From an uncultured Bacteroidia bacterium (lineage in GTDB: Bacteria > Bacteroidota > Bacteroidia > Bacteroidales > UBA932), in assembly GCA_902785065.1 (NCBI GenBank), contig CACZXH010000008.1:72-64071 (forward strand): a stretch of 64,000 nucleotides of DNA, written 5' to 3'. Below, one piece after another: positions 1-8,986 of this stretch. The translations under genes were made by a program, and so were the position numbers. Position 1 is the stretch's first letter; each line of letters opens with the position of its first letter. A model generated the notes under the pieces. That model saw nothing but the letters and a program-made list of their open reading frames with translations, was not told the DNA's origin and made no database searches.

Positions 1-45
1 CGAAGATACAAAAAATGCGTATCTTCGTATGGAAAGAACCCGACG

Positions 46-690
46 ATGGACAAAGTACGTATTTCGGCCGCCTGCAGGTGCCTGACCGCCCTGACGCTGA
101 CCCTCGCCCTCGCCGCCTGCCATTCTCCGGCGGAGCGCCTCCGGACGGGCGACTTGCTGTTTGTCGGTTCGTCGGAAGGGGCCGGGTCGATGGACGAGGC
201 CATCGTCGCGTCAACGGGAAACCTGACGCATGTCGCCATTATCCAGGTAGACCAGGCCGGAATACCCTGGGTCATCGACGCGACGCCCAAAAGGGGCGTG
301 AGCCGATATCCGCTGGACTCCCTGGTCCAAGCGAACTCCGGAGCGGCCTTTCTCGTTAAACGGCTCAAGGACACGACCGGCGTCTCCCGATTCGTCGAGA
401 ACGCCCTCCGTTTTGTCGGGAATCCCTACGACCTGACCTTCCTGCCCGACAATGACGCATTCTACTGTTCGGAACTGGTCCGCGATGCGTACCGTCGCCC
501 GGACGGAAGCTATCTTTTCGACGCCGCGCCGATGAACTTCCTTTCCTCGGACGGATTCTTGCCACCTTATTGGGAAGAATTGTTCGAGCGCTTGGACATG
601 CCCGTTCCGCAAGGCCTTCCGGGCACGAATCCCCAGGACATGTCCCAGTCGCCACTCCTTCGAGACATCCCCTATTCTTGGAACAAATAA
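46..690 (+). CDS. YiiX/YebB-like permuted papain-fold (NlpC/P60) amidase, lipoprotein
   Basis: GDLLF start motif, THVAI (His) preceding FYCSELV (Cys) in permuted order, GxPYD motif; lipobox LAAC. Confidence 0.8.
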   Translation: MDKVRISAACRCLTALTLTLALAACHSPAERLRTGDLLFVGSSEGAGSMDEAIVASTGNLTHVAIIQVDQAGIPWVIDATPKRGVSRYPLDSLVQANSGAAFLVKRLKDTTGVSRFVENALRFVGNPYDLTFLPDNDAFYCSELVRDAYRRPDGSYLFDAAPMNFLSSDGFLPPYWEELFERLDMPVPQGLPGTNPQDMSQSPLLRDIPYSWNK

Positions 691-702
691 CCGATTTCAT
701 CC

Positions 703-2265
703 ATGAAACACCTACGTTCAATTATCTGCATTATAGCCGCGGTGGCTGCCTGCTGCGCCTGTGCGCCGTCTGATCCGTTGGTTGTCCGGACGAAGGCCGG
801 ACTGGTCAAAGGCATCGAAGAGGAAGGCACGCTGGCCTTCAAAGGGATTCCCTATGCCACGGTAGAGCGGTTCATGCCACCGAAGCCCGTCGCCAAATGG
901 GACACCGTGATGGTCTGCGACCATTTCGGACCGCAGGTGATGCAGGGAGGCGGCCGGCGCGAAATGCCGGAAAGCGTGATGTCGGAAAAGAACTCCTGCG
1001 TCCTGAACGTATGGACCACGGACACCAAGGCGTCCAAGCCCGTGATGCTGTGGATCCATGGCGGCGGATTCGATTCGGGGTCGGCGGCCGGCAATCCCGG
1101 AATGGGCCTGGCCAAGCAGGACGTGGTGGTCGTCAGCCTCAACCACCGGCTGAACATCCTCGGTTTCCTGGACCTGTCCACCTTCGGCGAAAAGTACAAG
1201 CACTCCGGGATGTTGGGGATGCTGGACATCGTGCAGGCGCTGGAATGGATCCGGGACAATATCAAGGCCTTCGGCGGCGACCCGTCGAACGTCACCATCT
1301 TCGGCGAGTCCGGCGGGGGTGGCAAGGTCGGCACCCTGATGTGCATGCCGGCCGCCCGGGGGCTCTTCCACAAGGCCATCATCATGAGCGGCACCATCCT
1401 CAATGTCAATACCAAGGCGATGACCGAGGTGCTCGGCCGCGCCGTCGTGGAGCAGCTGGGCCTCGGTCCGGATGAGCTGGACAAGCTGGCCGACGTGCCT
1501 TATGGCGAGCTGGTCGCGGCGGGCCAGCGGGCCATGGCCGCCAGCATCGGCACCCGGACGCCGGGTACGCCGATGATGTGGGGCTTCGGCCCCGCGCCCG
1601 ACGGCGAAGTGCTGCTCCAGCAGCCTTTCCAGCCCGATTTCGCGGACATCTCTTCCGATATCCCGCTGATGATCGGCACGACCTTCAATGAACTCCAGCG
1701 CCGGGCCTACGGCACGGAAATGACGCTGGAAGAAGCCAAGGAGAAGCTGGTCCTCACCTTCGGTGACCGGGTGGAAGAATACGTGACGGCTTTCGCGGAG
1801 GCGTGGCCGGACTATACCCCGCAGGACCTCCTGTCCATCGACATGATGTTTCGTCCCAAGACCCTGATCACCGTCGATGCCGTCGCGAAGGCCCGCAAGG
1901 CCCCCACCTACCTGTATATGTTCACCTGGAAATCCCCGGCGGACCAGGGCTCGGTGCACGGGTATGAACTGAACTTCTGCTTCAATACGCCCAACCTCCA
2001 CGGGCGCATCCTTCCCGAGCCGTCCGAGGCCGACTGGAAGCTGGCCGGGAATATGAGCCGCAGCTGGGCGAACTTCGCCGCGACCGGGGATCCCAATGTC
2101 GAGGGCCTGCCGGCCTGGCAGCCCTACACGCCCGAGAACGGCGCGTGCTTCATCTTCGACTACGACTGCCGCGTCCGCAACAACTTTGACCGAACGCTGC
2201 AGGGCATCCTGAACGACTGCTGCTTCAAGCAGCTCGACGAATTCAACCGTCGCGCCGGCCGGTAA
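703..2265 (+). CDS. Carboxylesterase type B (alpha/beta hydrolase), probable lipoprotein
   Basis: HGGGF oxyanion motif, GESGG nucleophile elbow, WIRDNIxAFGGDPxNVTIFG signature, His in SVHGYEL. Confidence 0.9.
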   Translation: MKHLRSIICIIAAVAACCACAPSDPLVVRTKAGLVKGIEEEGTLAFKGIPYATVERFMPPKPVAKWDTVMVCDHFGPQVMQGGGRREMPESVMSEKNSCVLNVWTTDTKASKPVMLWIHGGGFDSGSAAGNPGMGLAKQDVVVVSLNHRLNILGFLDLSTFGEKYKHSGMLGMLDIVQALEWIRDNIKAFGGDPSNVTIFGESGGGGKVGTLMCMPAARGLFHKAIIMSGTILNVNTKAMTEVLGRAVVEQLGLGPDELDKLADVPYGELVAAGQRAMAASIGTRTPGTPMMWGFGPAPDGEVLLQQPFQPDFADISSDIPLMIGTTFNELQRRAYGTEMTLEEAKEKLVLTFGDRVEEYVTAFAEAWPDYTPQDLLSIDMMFRPKTLITVDAVAKARKAPTYLYMFTWKSPADQGSVHGYELNFCFNTPNLHGRILPEPSEADWKLAGNMSRSWANFAATGDPNVEGLPAWQPYTPENGACFIFDYDCRVRNNFDRTLQGILNDCCFKQLDEFNRRAGR

Positions 2266-4593
2266 TTACCGGACCTCCACCTGGGCGAAATAGACATCGC
2301 GAAGGGCCTTCACCGCCGGTTTTCCCCGGAGGGTGCAGATCCCTTCGAGCAGGAGGTCACGGCAGGAGGAGCCGATGCGGAAGGCGTACTCCCCCGGGGA
2401 GACGGTCCAGCCGGCGTCCGAATGCCAGGCCAGCTGATCCGCACCCACGGTAAAGGTCACCGTGCGGCGCTCGCCGGGCGCCAGAGACACCCGCTGGAAG
2501 CCCTTGAGCTGCAGCGGCTTGAGCGGCTGACCGGCCTTCGGAGAGGCATAGAGCTGGACGACTTCGTCGCCCTTCACGCTTCCGGTATTGGTCACTTGGC
2601 AGCTCACTTGGATGAGACCATTCTTGGTCTTGGCCTCGGGCTGCACGTGGATGTCACTATAGGCGAAGGTCGTGTAGGACAGACCGAAACCGAAAGGATA
2701 CAGTTCGCGGCCCGCGTCCGCGCCGGTGTTGTAACAGTATGGCTCCGTGGTCTCGCTGGCGGGCATCGTCATACAAAGCTTGCCGGAAGGATTGACCGCC
2801 CCGATGAGAATGTCGCTCACGGCGTTGCCGCCTTCCTCGCCGGGGTAGAACGCCTGCAGGATGGCGGCGCAGCCGTCGGCGATGTCGGCGATCATTTCCG
2901 GACGGCCGCTGAACATCACGAGCACGACCGGCTTACCGGTGGCGATGAGGGCCTTCACGAAGGCCTCCTGGTCGCCGGGCAGCCGGATGCCGGCCCGCCG
3001 ACGGTTCTCGCCGCACAGGTAGACGTTCTCGCCCATCGCGGCGACAATCACGTCGCTCCGGGCGGCCACATTGACGGCATCATCCCAGTTCGTGTAATCG
3101 TCTGATTCCAACTTTCTTACATTGAGCGCCCGCACGCGCTGGTCGCCACCCTGGGTAAGGCCCATATCGGCCAGGGTGCTCCAGTCAACGCCCCGGGAAT
3201 ACTCGACCTTGCCGTCATATTTCTTCCGGAAACAGTCCAGGAAGGTGGGGATGTACAGGTCGCCCGGGTCCACGTCCTTGCGGAAGAAGAACAGCTGCAT
3301 CGACGGGAAAGTGTAGTCTCCCAGCATACTCCAGACGGAATTGGCATTCGGGCCGACGACGGCGACGTTCTTGCCGGAAGCCAGCGGAAGCACGCCGTCG
3401 TTCTTGAGCAGGACCACGGACTCCGCAGCCAGGTCGTAGGCCGTCTGGCGGCTTTCGGCCGGATCCAGGTCCATCGGGCCCTCCTTGAAGTAGACGGGGT
3501 CGGGGTCGAGCAGGCCGCAGCGGGCTTTGACCGTTAGGGCGCGCTTGACCGCGCGCTCGAACGCCGCCTCGCTCACACGGCCTTCCGCCAGCAGTTCGGG
3601 CAGGTACCGGTAGGACGTATTGGAATTGAATTCCAGGTCGTTACCCGTATTGATGGCGTCGATGGCACACTGCTTCAGGAATTCCGGGCTGCGGTCGCGG
3701 CTCCCCTGCTGCACGGCGCCATAGTCGCTGACGACGATGCCGTCATAGCCCAGATAATCCCGGAGAATGACGTTGAGCAGGGTGTCGCTGCAAACGGCGT
3801 ACTGTGTGCGGAACTTGTCGTAGCAGGTCATGATGCTGCGGCTTCCCGCCTGCCGGATGATCGCTTCGTGCGGGAAAAGGACTTCCTCGTAAATCTCCTT
3901 CTCCGACAGGGAGGAGCCCCCGCCATAGCCCAGAAAGTGTTTGGTGGTGGCGGTCACGCCCGCTCGGAAACCCTCGGCCTGAAGGCCTTTGACGAAGGCG
4001 GTGCCCATGGTGGCGGTGAGGTACCCGTCCTCGCCGTAGGATTCCTCCACGCGCGACCAATGGGCGCTGCGGATGATGTCCACCATCGGCGACAGGGCGA
4101 ACTGCTCGCCCAGGTCGCGCATCGAGCGGGCGGTCTGCCGCATCTTCACGGACAGCAGCGCGGGGTCCCAGGTGCAGGCGACGGCCATCTGCTGGGGATA
4201 GGCTGTGGCGCCCTTGGCGGTCACGCCCGTGATGCACTCGTCGTGGATGACGGCCGGGATGCCGGCCGGCGTATGGTTGACCATGTAATCCTGGATATCG
4301 GCAATGAGCTGCCGCAACTCATCCGCGTTCAGGCTCTGGGAGCTGGACAGCTGGCAGATATGGCCGGCGCCGTAAGGAATCACTTCCTTGCACTTGTCGA
4401 TGGAGAAGACCCCATCGACCATCAGCTCGCTCGGGTAGATGCCAAAGAGCTGGGCCGCGCGGTCCTCCACGGAAAGTCGGTCATACACGGCGTTTACAAG
4501 CGCCTCATACTGTTTGTCCGGGTTCGGGGCGGTCTTCGTAGAACAGGCCACGGCCAGCAGGAGCGTCAGCGACAGGAAGAAGAGCTTTTTCAT
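2266..4593 (-). CDS. GH3 beta-glycosidase (beta-glucosidase/xylosidase), lipoprotein
   Basis: KHF motif, VSDYG nucleophile, ESVVLLKNDG, PFGFGLSYTTF and fibronectin-III-like C-terminus; lipobox AVAC. Confidence 0.9.
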   Translation of the reverse strand: MKKLFFLSLTLLLAVACSTKTAPNPDKQYEALVNAVYDRLSVEDRAAQLFGIYPSELMVDGVFSIDKCKEVIPYGAGHICQLSSSQSLNADELRQLIADIQDYMVNHTPAGIPAVIHDECITGVTAKGATAYPQQMAVACTWDPALLSVKMRQTARSMRDLGEQFALSPMVDIIRSAHWSRVEESYGEDGYLTATMGTAFVKGLQAEGFRAGVTATTKHFLGYGGGSSLSEKEIYEEVLFPHEAIIRQAGSRSIMTCYDKFRTQYAVCSDTLLNVILRDYLGYDGIVVSDYGAVQQGSRDRSPEFLKQCAIDAINTGNDLEFNSNTSYRYLPELLAEGRVSEAAFERAVKRALTVKARCGLLDPDPVYFKEGPMDLDPAESRQTAYDLAAESVVLLKNDGVLPLASGKNVAVVGPNANSVWSMLGDYTFPSMQLFFFRKDVDPGDLYIPTFLDCFRKKYDGKVEYSRGVDWSTLADMGLTQGGDQRVRALNVRKLESDDYTNWDDAVNVAARSDVIVAAMGENVYLCGENRRRAGIRLPGDQEAFVKALIATGKPVVLVMFSGRPEMIADIADGCAAILQAFYPGEEGGNAVSDILIGAVNPSGKLCMTMPASETTEPYCYNTGADAGRELYPFGFGLSYTTFAYSDIHVQPEAKTKNGLIQVSCQVTNTGSVKGDEVVQLYASPKAGQPLKPLQLKGFQRVSLAPGERRTVTFTVGADQLAWHSDAGWTVSPGEYAFRIGSSCRDLLLEGICTLRGKPAVKALRDVYFAQVEVR

Positions 4594-4612
4594 GGATGAC
4601 AGATTTTAATCG

Positions 4613-6052
4613 TTACTGCCGGCGCGGCAGCGGCTTGCCCATCGTGGAGGCGTCCTTGGCGCCGTCCTCGCTGAGGTCGAAGACCATGAAATCGGGCGAT
4701 TCCGGCGTATAGGCTTTCCAGCCCAGGCCGGGGTCGCCCTTCTTGGCGAAATTCGTCCAGCAGGAGACCACGTGCTCGGCGAGGTCATAATCGGCCTGGG
4801 TGAAGGGCCGGTCGCTGTGTTCCAGCGACTTGAACATGAACCAGAGTTCGGAGGAGTGGAACGCGCCCTTCATGTCGTGGGAGCCCGCCTCGTCGTCCGG
4901 CAGGGCGCGGGCGAACTGATAGGCGTAAACGGGCTTGCCGGCGGCATTGCGGAGGTCACAGAAACGGCGGATCCCCTCCTCCGGATTGCCCATGTCATCG
5001 CGCGTGTAGCCGATCATGTAGGGGATGTCCTTGATCCGGCCCCCCTGAGCCGCCTCATCGAAGCTTTCTGTCGAGACATAGCCGTCCACAACGGGCCTGG
5101 CGGCCAGCCGAAACGGGGTGCCCGTCTCGGCGGCATAGCGGTCCGCCAGCGTGAAGACCGCTTCGGTCGAGGCGCCGCGCATCTTCTCCAGGGTATCGTA
5201 GCCGGCCCAGTCAAACAGTTCCTTGGTTGCGGATCCGATGAACTGCAGCGGCGAGGCGGCGTTCTGCGGCGAGGCGAGCCGACCGGTCGGAACCCGGTTC
5301 ACGCCGCCGCCGCTCTGGATGATCGCCTTCTTGATCAGGTCGCCGGTCAACGGTGAGGACACGAGCGCCTTGACGCTGCCGGCACCCGCACTCTGGCCCA
5401 GAATCGTGATGTTGTCCGGGTCGCCGCCGAATGCGGCGATGTTGGCATGGATCCATTTGAGCGCGGCGATCTGGTCCAGGAGGCCGTAATTGCCGGATAC
5501 ATGGTTCGGGCTCTCCGCGGTCAGGAATGGATGGACCAGGAACCCGAAGACGCCGAGGCGGTAGTTGATCGTGACCAGGACGACGCCCTTCTCGGCCCAG
5601 ACCTTGCCGTCGAACTCGGGCTCGTACCCCCAGCCGCCGGTGTAGGCGCCGCCGTGGATCCACATCGCCACCGGCAGCTTCTTGCCCGGCTTGCCCGGGG
5701 CCGGGGTCCAAACATTCAGGTACAGGCAGTCCTCGCTGAATTCCGGATCCTCCCAGTAGAATTCACTGGTCCAGGGGTTGCTGGAATCGTGATTGACCTG
5801 CACGGAACCCGGACCGAAGGTATCGGCCACCTTCACGCCTTCCCAGGGAATGACGGGTTGGGGTTCCTTCCAGCGCAGGTCCCCGACGGGCGGGGCAGCG
5901 AAGGGGATTCCTTTGTAGATATAGACCCCATTGACGGAAGATTCGACTCCCTGGATCTTTCCGCCCTCGACCTCAAGAACGGGATTGGCAGGGCCGCATC
6001 CCGCTAGCGCGACAGTCAGCACGATGGCCGACAGCAATGATTCAATGCGCAT
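4613..6052 (-). CDS. Carboxylesterase type B, lipoprotein
   Basis: SEDCLYLNVW signature, HGGA, GQSAG nucleophile, GAFHSSEL His; lipobox LAGC. Confidence 0.9.
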   Translation of the reverse strand: MRIESLLSAIVLTVALAGCGPANPVLEVEGGKIQGVESSVNGVYIYKGIPFAAPPVGDLRWKEPQPVIPWEGVKVADTFGPGSVQVNHDSSNPWTSEFYWEDPEFSEDCLYLNVWTPAPGKPGKKLPVAMWIHGGAYTGGWGYEPEFDGKVWAEKGVVLVTINYRLGVFGFLVHPFLTAESPNHVSGNYGLLDQIAALKWIHANIAAFGGDPDNITILGQSAGAGSVKALVSSPLTGDLIKKAIIQSGGGVNRVPTGRLASPQNAASPLQFIGSATKELFDWAGYDTLEKMRGASTEAVFTLADRYAAETGTPFRLAARPVVDGYVSTESFDEAAQGGRIKDIPYMIGYTRDDMGNPEEGIRRFCDLRNAAGKPVYAYQFARALPDDEAGSHDMKGAFHSSELWFMFKSLEHSDRPFTQADYDLAEHVVSCWTNFAKKGDPGLGWKAYTPESPDFMVFDLSEDGAKDASTMGKPLPRRQ

Positions 6053-6072
6053 TTTGTCAAACAGTTAACAGG

Positions 6073-7308
6073 TTAATCCTCGTAAAGATATGGACAATGG
6101 CCGATAAAAACAACAGGAGGCACCCTTCCGGATGCCTCCTGCCAAGGTACGATAATCTGTTTGCCCAGCACCAGCTTGTCACCGGAGTCGTCGACCGTCC
6201 AGTACTGCGGTTTGCGGGGGCCGTTGCCCTCCACGTGGTGCACCACATAGCGGAGCTCGCCCTCGAAGGTGCGGAACAGCATGCCGTGACCGGAGTTGTT
6301 CGCGAGGAACGGTTCCGGCTCCTGCACCCACGGACCGGAGATCTTGCCGGACTCGGAGTAACACACGGCCTGGAGGTAGCGCTCCTTGCCCCAGGTGGAC
6401 CAGAGCATGCCCAGCTTGCCCGTCTGCGTACGGAACATCTGCGGGCCGTCGGTCACCCAGCCGGGCATCTTCAGGCCGAAGGTGGCCTCGCCCAGGCCGT
6501 TCATCTCGCCGCAGCAAGGCAGCTCGCTGGCGCGGAACATCGTGACCGGGTGCTCGGAGATGGTCTTGGTCAGATCCTTGGACAGCTCGATGTAGTCCAT
6601 CGTACCGTCGATGATCTGCGTCCATTCGTGGACGAAAATCATGTAGATGTGGCCGTCCTCTTCATACAGGGTGCCGTCGATGCAGTCCCAGTCATGCGGC
6701 TGGTAATCGTAGCCGGGCGTGACGGAGAAGGGGACGAACGGACCCTCGGGATTGTCCGCACGGAGCAGATAAGTCTGGTTGTGGGGCACATTGTAGCGGC
6801 GCGGGACCTGTTCGATGAGGTCGCTGTGGTCGCTCCAGGTGCCGGCGTAGTAGTAATAGTCGCCGATCTTGTGGATCTCCGCCGCGGCGGCGAAGCCCGC
6901 CTTCTCGCACCAGGTGCCGCTCAGGTCGATCACATTGTAGGGGCCCTCCCACATCACGAGGTCCTTGCTGCGGTACTGACGGCCGCCGGAGGAGGTGAGG
7001 TAGTAGGTCTTGGTGACCGGATCCGGATAGATGAACGGGTCGCTCATCGACAGGTCGTTGAAATGGACCGTGCGGATCTTGTTCATCTCTTCCCGCATCC
7101 GGCGCATGCGCTCGGCCATGCCGGTGGTGTCGCGGGGCGCGCCGGTGGCCATGCCGCCGAAGTTCTTCTGGCCGGGGTCGGCCAGCGGAGCCTGCTCGCC
7201 GGGTTCGATCTTGACCGGCTCGGCCTCCACCGGAGCCGGGGCGTTGTTGCCGCAGGAAGCAAGCGCGAGCGCTGCGAGGGCAACGATGGATAAGTTCTTG
7301 ATTTTCAT
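6073..7308 (-). CDS. GH43 five-bladed beta-propeller glycosidase (Bt1873-like subgroup), lipoprotein; last ~24 codons read through a terminator
   Basis: SDPFI, DCIDGTLY, HEW, VTDGP and GHGMLFRTF motifs; lipobox LASC. Confidence 0.85.
   Translation of the reverse strand: MKIKNLSIVALAALALASCGNNAPAPVEAEPVKIEPGEQAPLADPGQKNFGGMATGAPRDTTGMAERMRRMREEMNKIRTVHFNDLSMSDPFIYPDPVTKTYYLTSSGGRQYRSKDLVMWEGPYNVIDLSGTWCEKAGFAAAAEIHKIGDYYYYAGTWSDHSDLIEQVPRRYNVPHNQTYLLRADNPEGPFVPFSVTPGYDYQPHDWDCIDGTLYEEDGHIYMIFVHEWTQIIDGTMDYIELSKDLTKTISEHPVTMFRASELPCCGEMNGLGEATFGLKMPGWVTDGPQMFRTQTGKLGMLWSTWGKERYLQAVCYSESGKISGPWVQEPEPFLANNSGHGMLFRTFEGELRYVVHHVEGNGPRKPQYWTVDDSGDKLVLGKQIIVPWQEASGRVPPVVFIGHCPYLYED
6104..6141 (-). 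terminator. Rho-independent terminator-like hairpin inside the 3' end of the GH43 ORF
   Basis: Minus strand CAGGAGGCA-TCC-GGAA-GGG-TGCCTCCTG (9 bp perfect arms, GGAA tetraloop) followed by TTGTTTTT. Confidence 0.7.
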
Positions 7309-7333
7309 GTCTCTAAATTATTAAGTTCGCTTA

Positions 7334-8974
7334 TTACCAGCCGGGATTCTGCTTGAGGTTGGGGTTGGCGGTAATCTGCTCGAACGGGAACGGGAGCAGA
7401 TTGTACTTGTCCTGCCAGCCCTTGCCGGGACCCTCTTCCACGACGACGTTCCACTCCGTGGTGCCCGGCTTGTAGCCGAGGAACTTGTACAGCTTCTTGC
7501 CCTTGTTCGCAAGCACCGTGGGCGCATCGCCCCAGCGGACCAGGTCGAAGAAGCGCTCCTGCTCACAGAAGAGTTCGGCGCGGCGCTCGTCCTTGATGTC
7601 CTGATAGGTCATGGAGGCGAGTTCGGGAATCTGGGCGCGGCGGCGCACCTCGTTCAGGGCCTTCAGGCCGCTCTTGTCGGCGTCATTGTCCACGAGGAAC
7701 TTGGCCTCGGCGTACATGAGCAGCACTTCCGCATAGCGGAGCATGGGGGTATTGGCCTTATACCACTTCCAGAAGGGCGGGCTCGTGCCCTCGTAAGCCT
7801 CGCTGAGCCATCCAAGGCCGCGGAAAGTGAAATAACCGGCATTGTGGTAGATTACCTGATCCGGCTTCATGCCCGGCGTTACGCCAGGGGCGTAATCCAT
7901 GGCCAGCACCTGCTCGTAGGTGTGGATCGTGGACTTGAAGCGCGGCTTCTCGACGTTGCCTTCATGGGCCGCCAGGAATTCGCCGAACTCCTTGGACACG
8001 GCGTTCCAGCCCCAGCCGCCGAAGAAATCTTTCGGGAGGTTGATACCGCTCGGCCAGCCGGTCCACGTGTGGCGAAGGTCATTCGACGGGTCGCCGGGGA
8101 AACCGTCATTGTCACCGGAGTTGTGCTCGAAAAGGTATTCCTCGCAGAAGTCGCCCGCCTGACGCTCGATGATGAACATGTCGGAGACCAGGCCGTAGAG
8201 CCCGGAGTCGATCACGGTCTTGAGGTCCTTGACCGCCTCGGCCAGCACTTCCTTGTCGTTGAACTTCTGTCCATACCAGAGGGCCACCTTGCCCCGATAG
8301 GCAAGCGCCGCGTGCTTGGAGATGCGGGCGCCGAAAGCTTCCTGCTGACCCTTGCCGCCGATGGCGGGCAGCTGGTCGGCGGCCTCCTTCATCTGCTCGA
8401 GGATCCACTTGATGGAGTCCTCGGTCGGGTTGTTGGACTGGTTGTACTCATCCTGGGAGAGCAGGTGGTCCGGGAGCGGCGGGGTGCCCCACCAGCGGAC
8501 GGCGTCGAACATCGCCAGCGCACGGAGGAAGTTAGCTTCCGCCTTGACGCGGTTGATGCGGGCGTCGTTCGTCTCCGGAATCTTCTCCAGGATCAGGTTG
8601 CAATGGTACATGACGCTGTAGACGCCCTTATAGACAATCTTCGGGGCGAAGTCGGCGGAGGTGACGTTGTAGCTGCCGGCCTCCTGGTACTGGTTCGTGG
8701 CATCCGAGAAGGAGCCGCCGCCCGGATAATGGTCGTCGTCGAGGCAATTCAGGAAGAGGATCTTTTCGATGCCGTTGACGCAGGTGACGTCACGGCCGCC
8801 CCAGTACAGATGGTAAACGCTGCCGATCAGGGCCTCCGCATCTTCCGCGGTTGCATTCGTGTAGAAATCCTCGGTGGACAGGACGCTCTTCTGAGGGATG
8901 TCGAGGTTCTTCTCACAGGAGCCGGCCGCCAGGACAAGCGCAGCGATCGAAAGGGCTGTATATATTCTTTTCAT
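7334..8974 (-). CDS. susD: RagB/SusD family surface glycan-binding lipoprotein (PUL1)
   Basis: Lipobox AGSC, RYAEVLLMYAEA, ERRAEL, RFFDLVRWG, NPGW end; directly downstream of susC. Confidence 0.93.
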   Translation of the reverse strand: MKRIYTALSIAALVLAAGSCEKNLDIPQKSVLSTEDFYTNATAEDAEALIGSVYHLYWGGRDVTCVNGIEKILFLNCLDDDHYPGGGSFSDATNQYQEAGSYNVTSADFAPKIVYKGVYSVMYHCNLILEKIPETNDARINRVKAEANFLRALAMFDAVRWWGTPPLPDHLLSQDEYNQSNNPTEDSIKWILEQMKEAADQLPAIGGKGQQEAFGARISKHAALAYRGKVALWYGQKFNDKEVLAEAVKDLKTVIDSGLYGLVSDMFIIERQAGDFCEEYLFEHNSGDNDGFPGDPSNDLRHTWTGWPSGINLPKDFFGGWGWNAVSKEFGEFLAAHEGNVEKPRFKSTIHTYEQVLAMDYAPGVTPGMKPDQVIYHNAGYFTFRGLGWLSEAYEGTSPPFWKWYKANTPMLRYAEVLLMYAEAKFLVDNDADKSGLKALNEVRRRAQIPELASMTYQDIKDERRAELFCEQERFFDLVRWGDAPTVLANKGKKLYKFLGYKPGTTEWNVVVEEGPGKGWQDKYNLLPFPFEQITANPNLKQNPGW

Positions 8975-8986
8975 GACTGTACAGTA

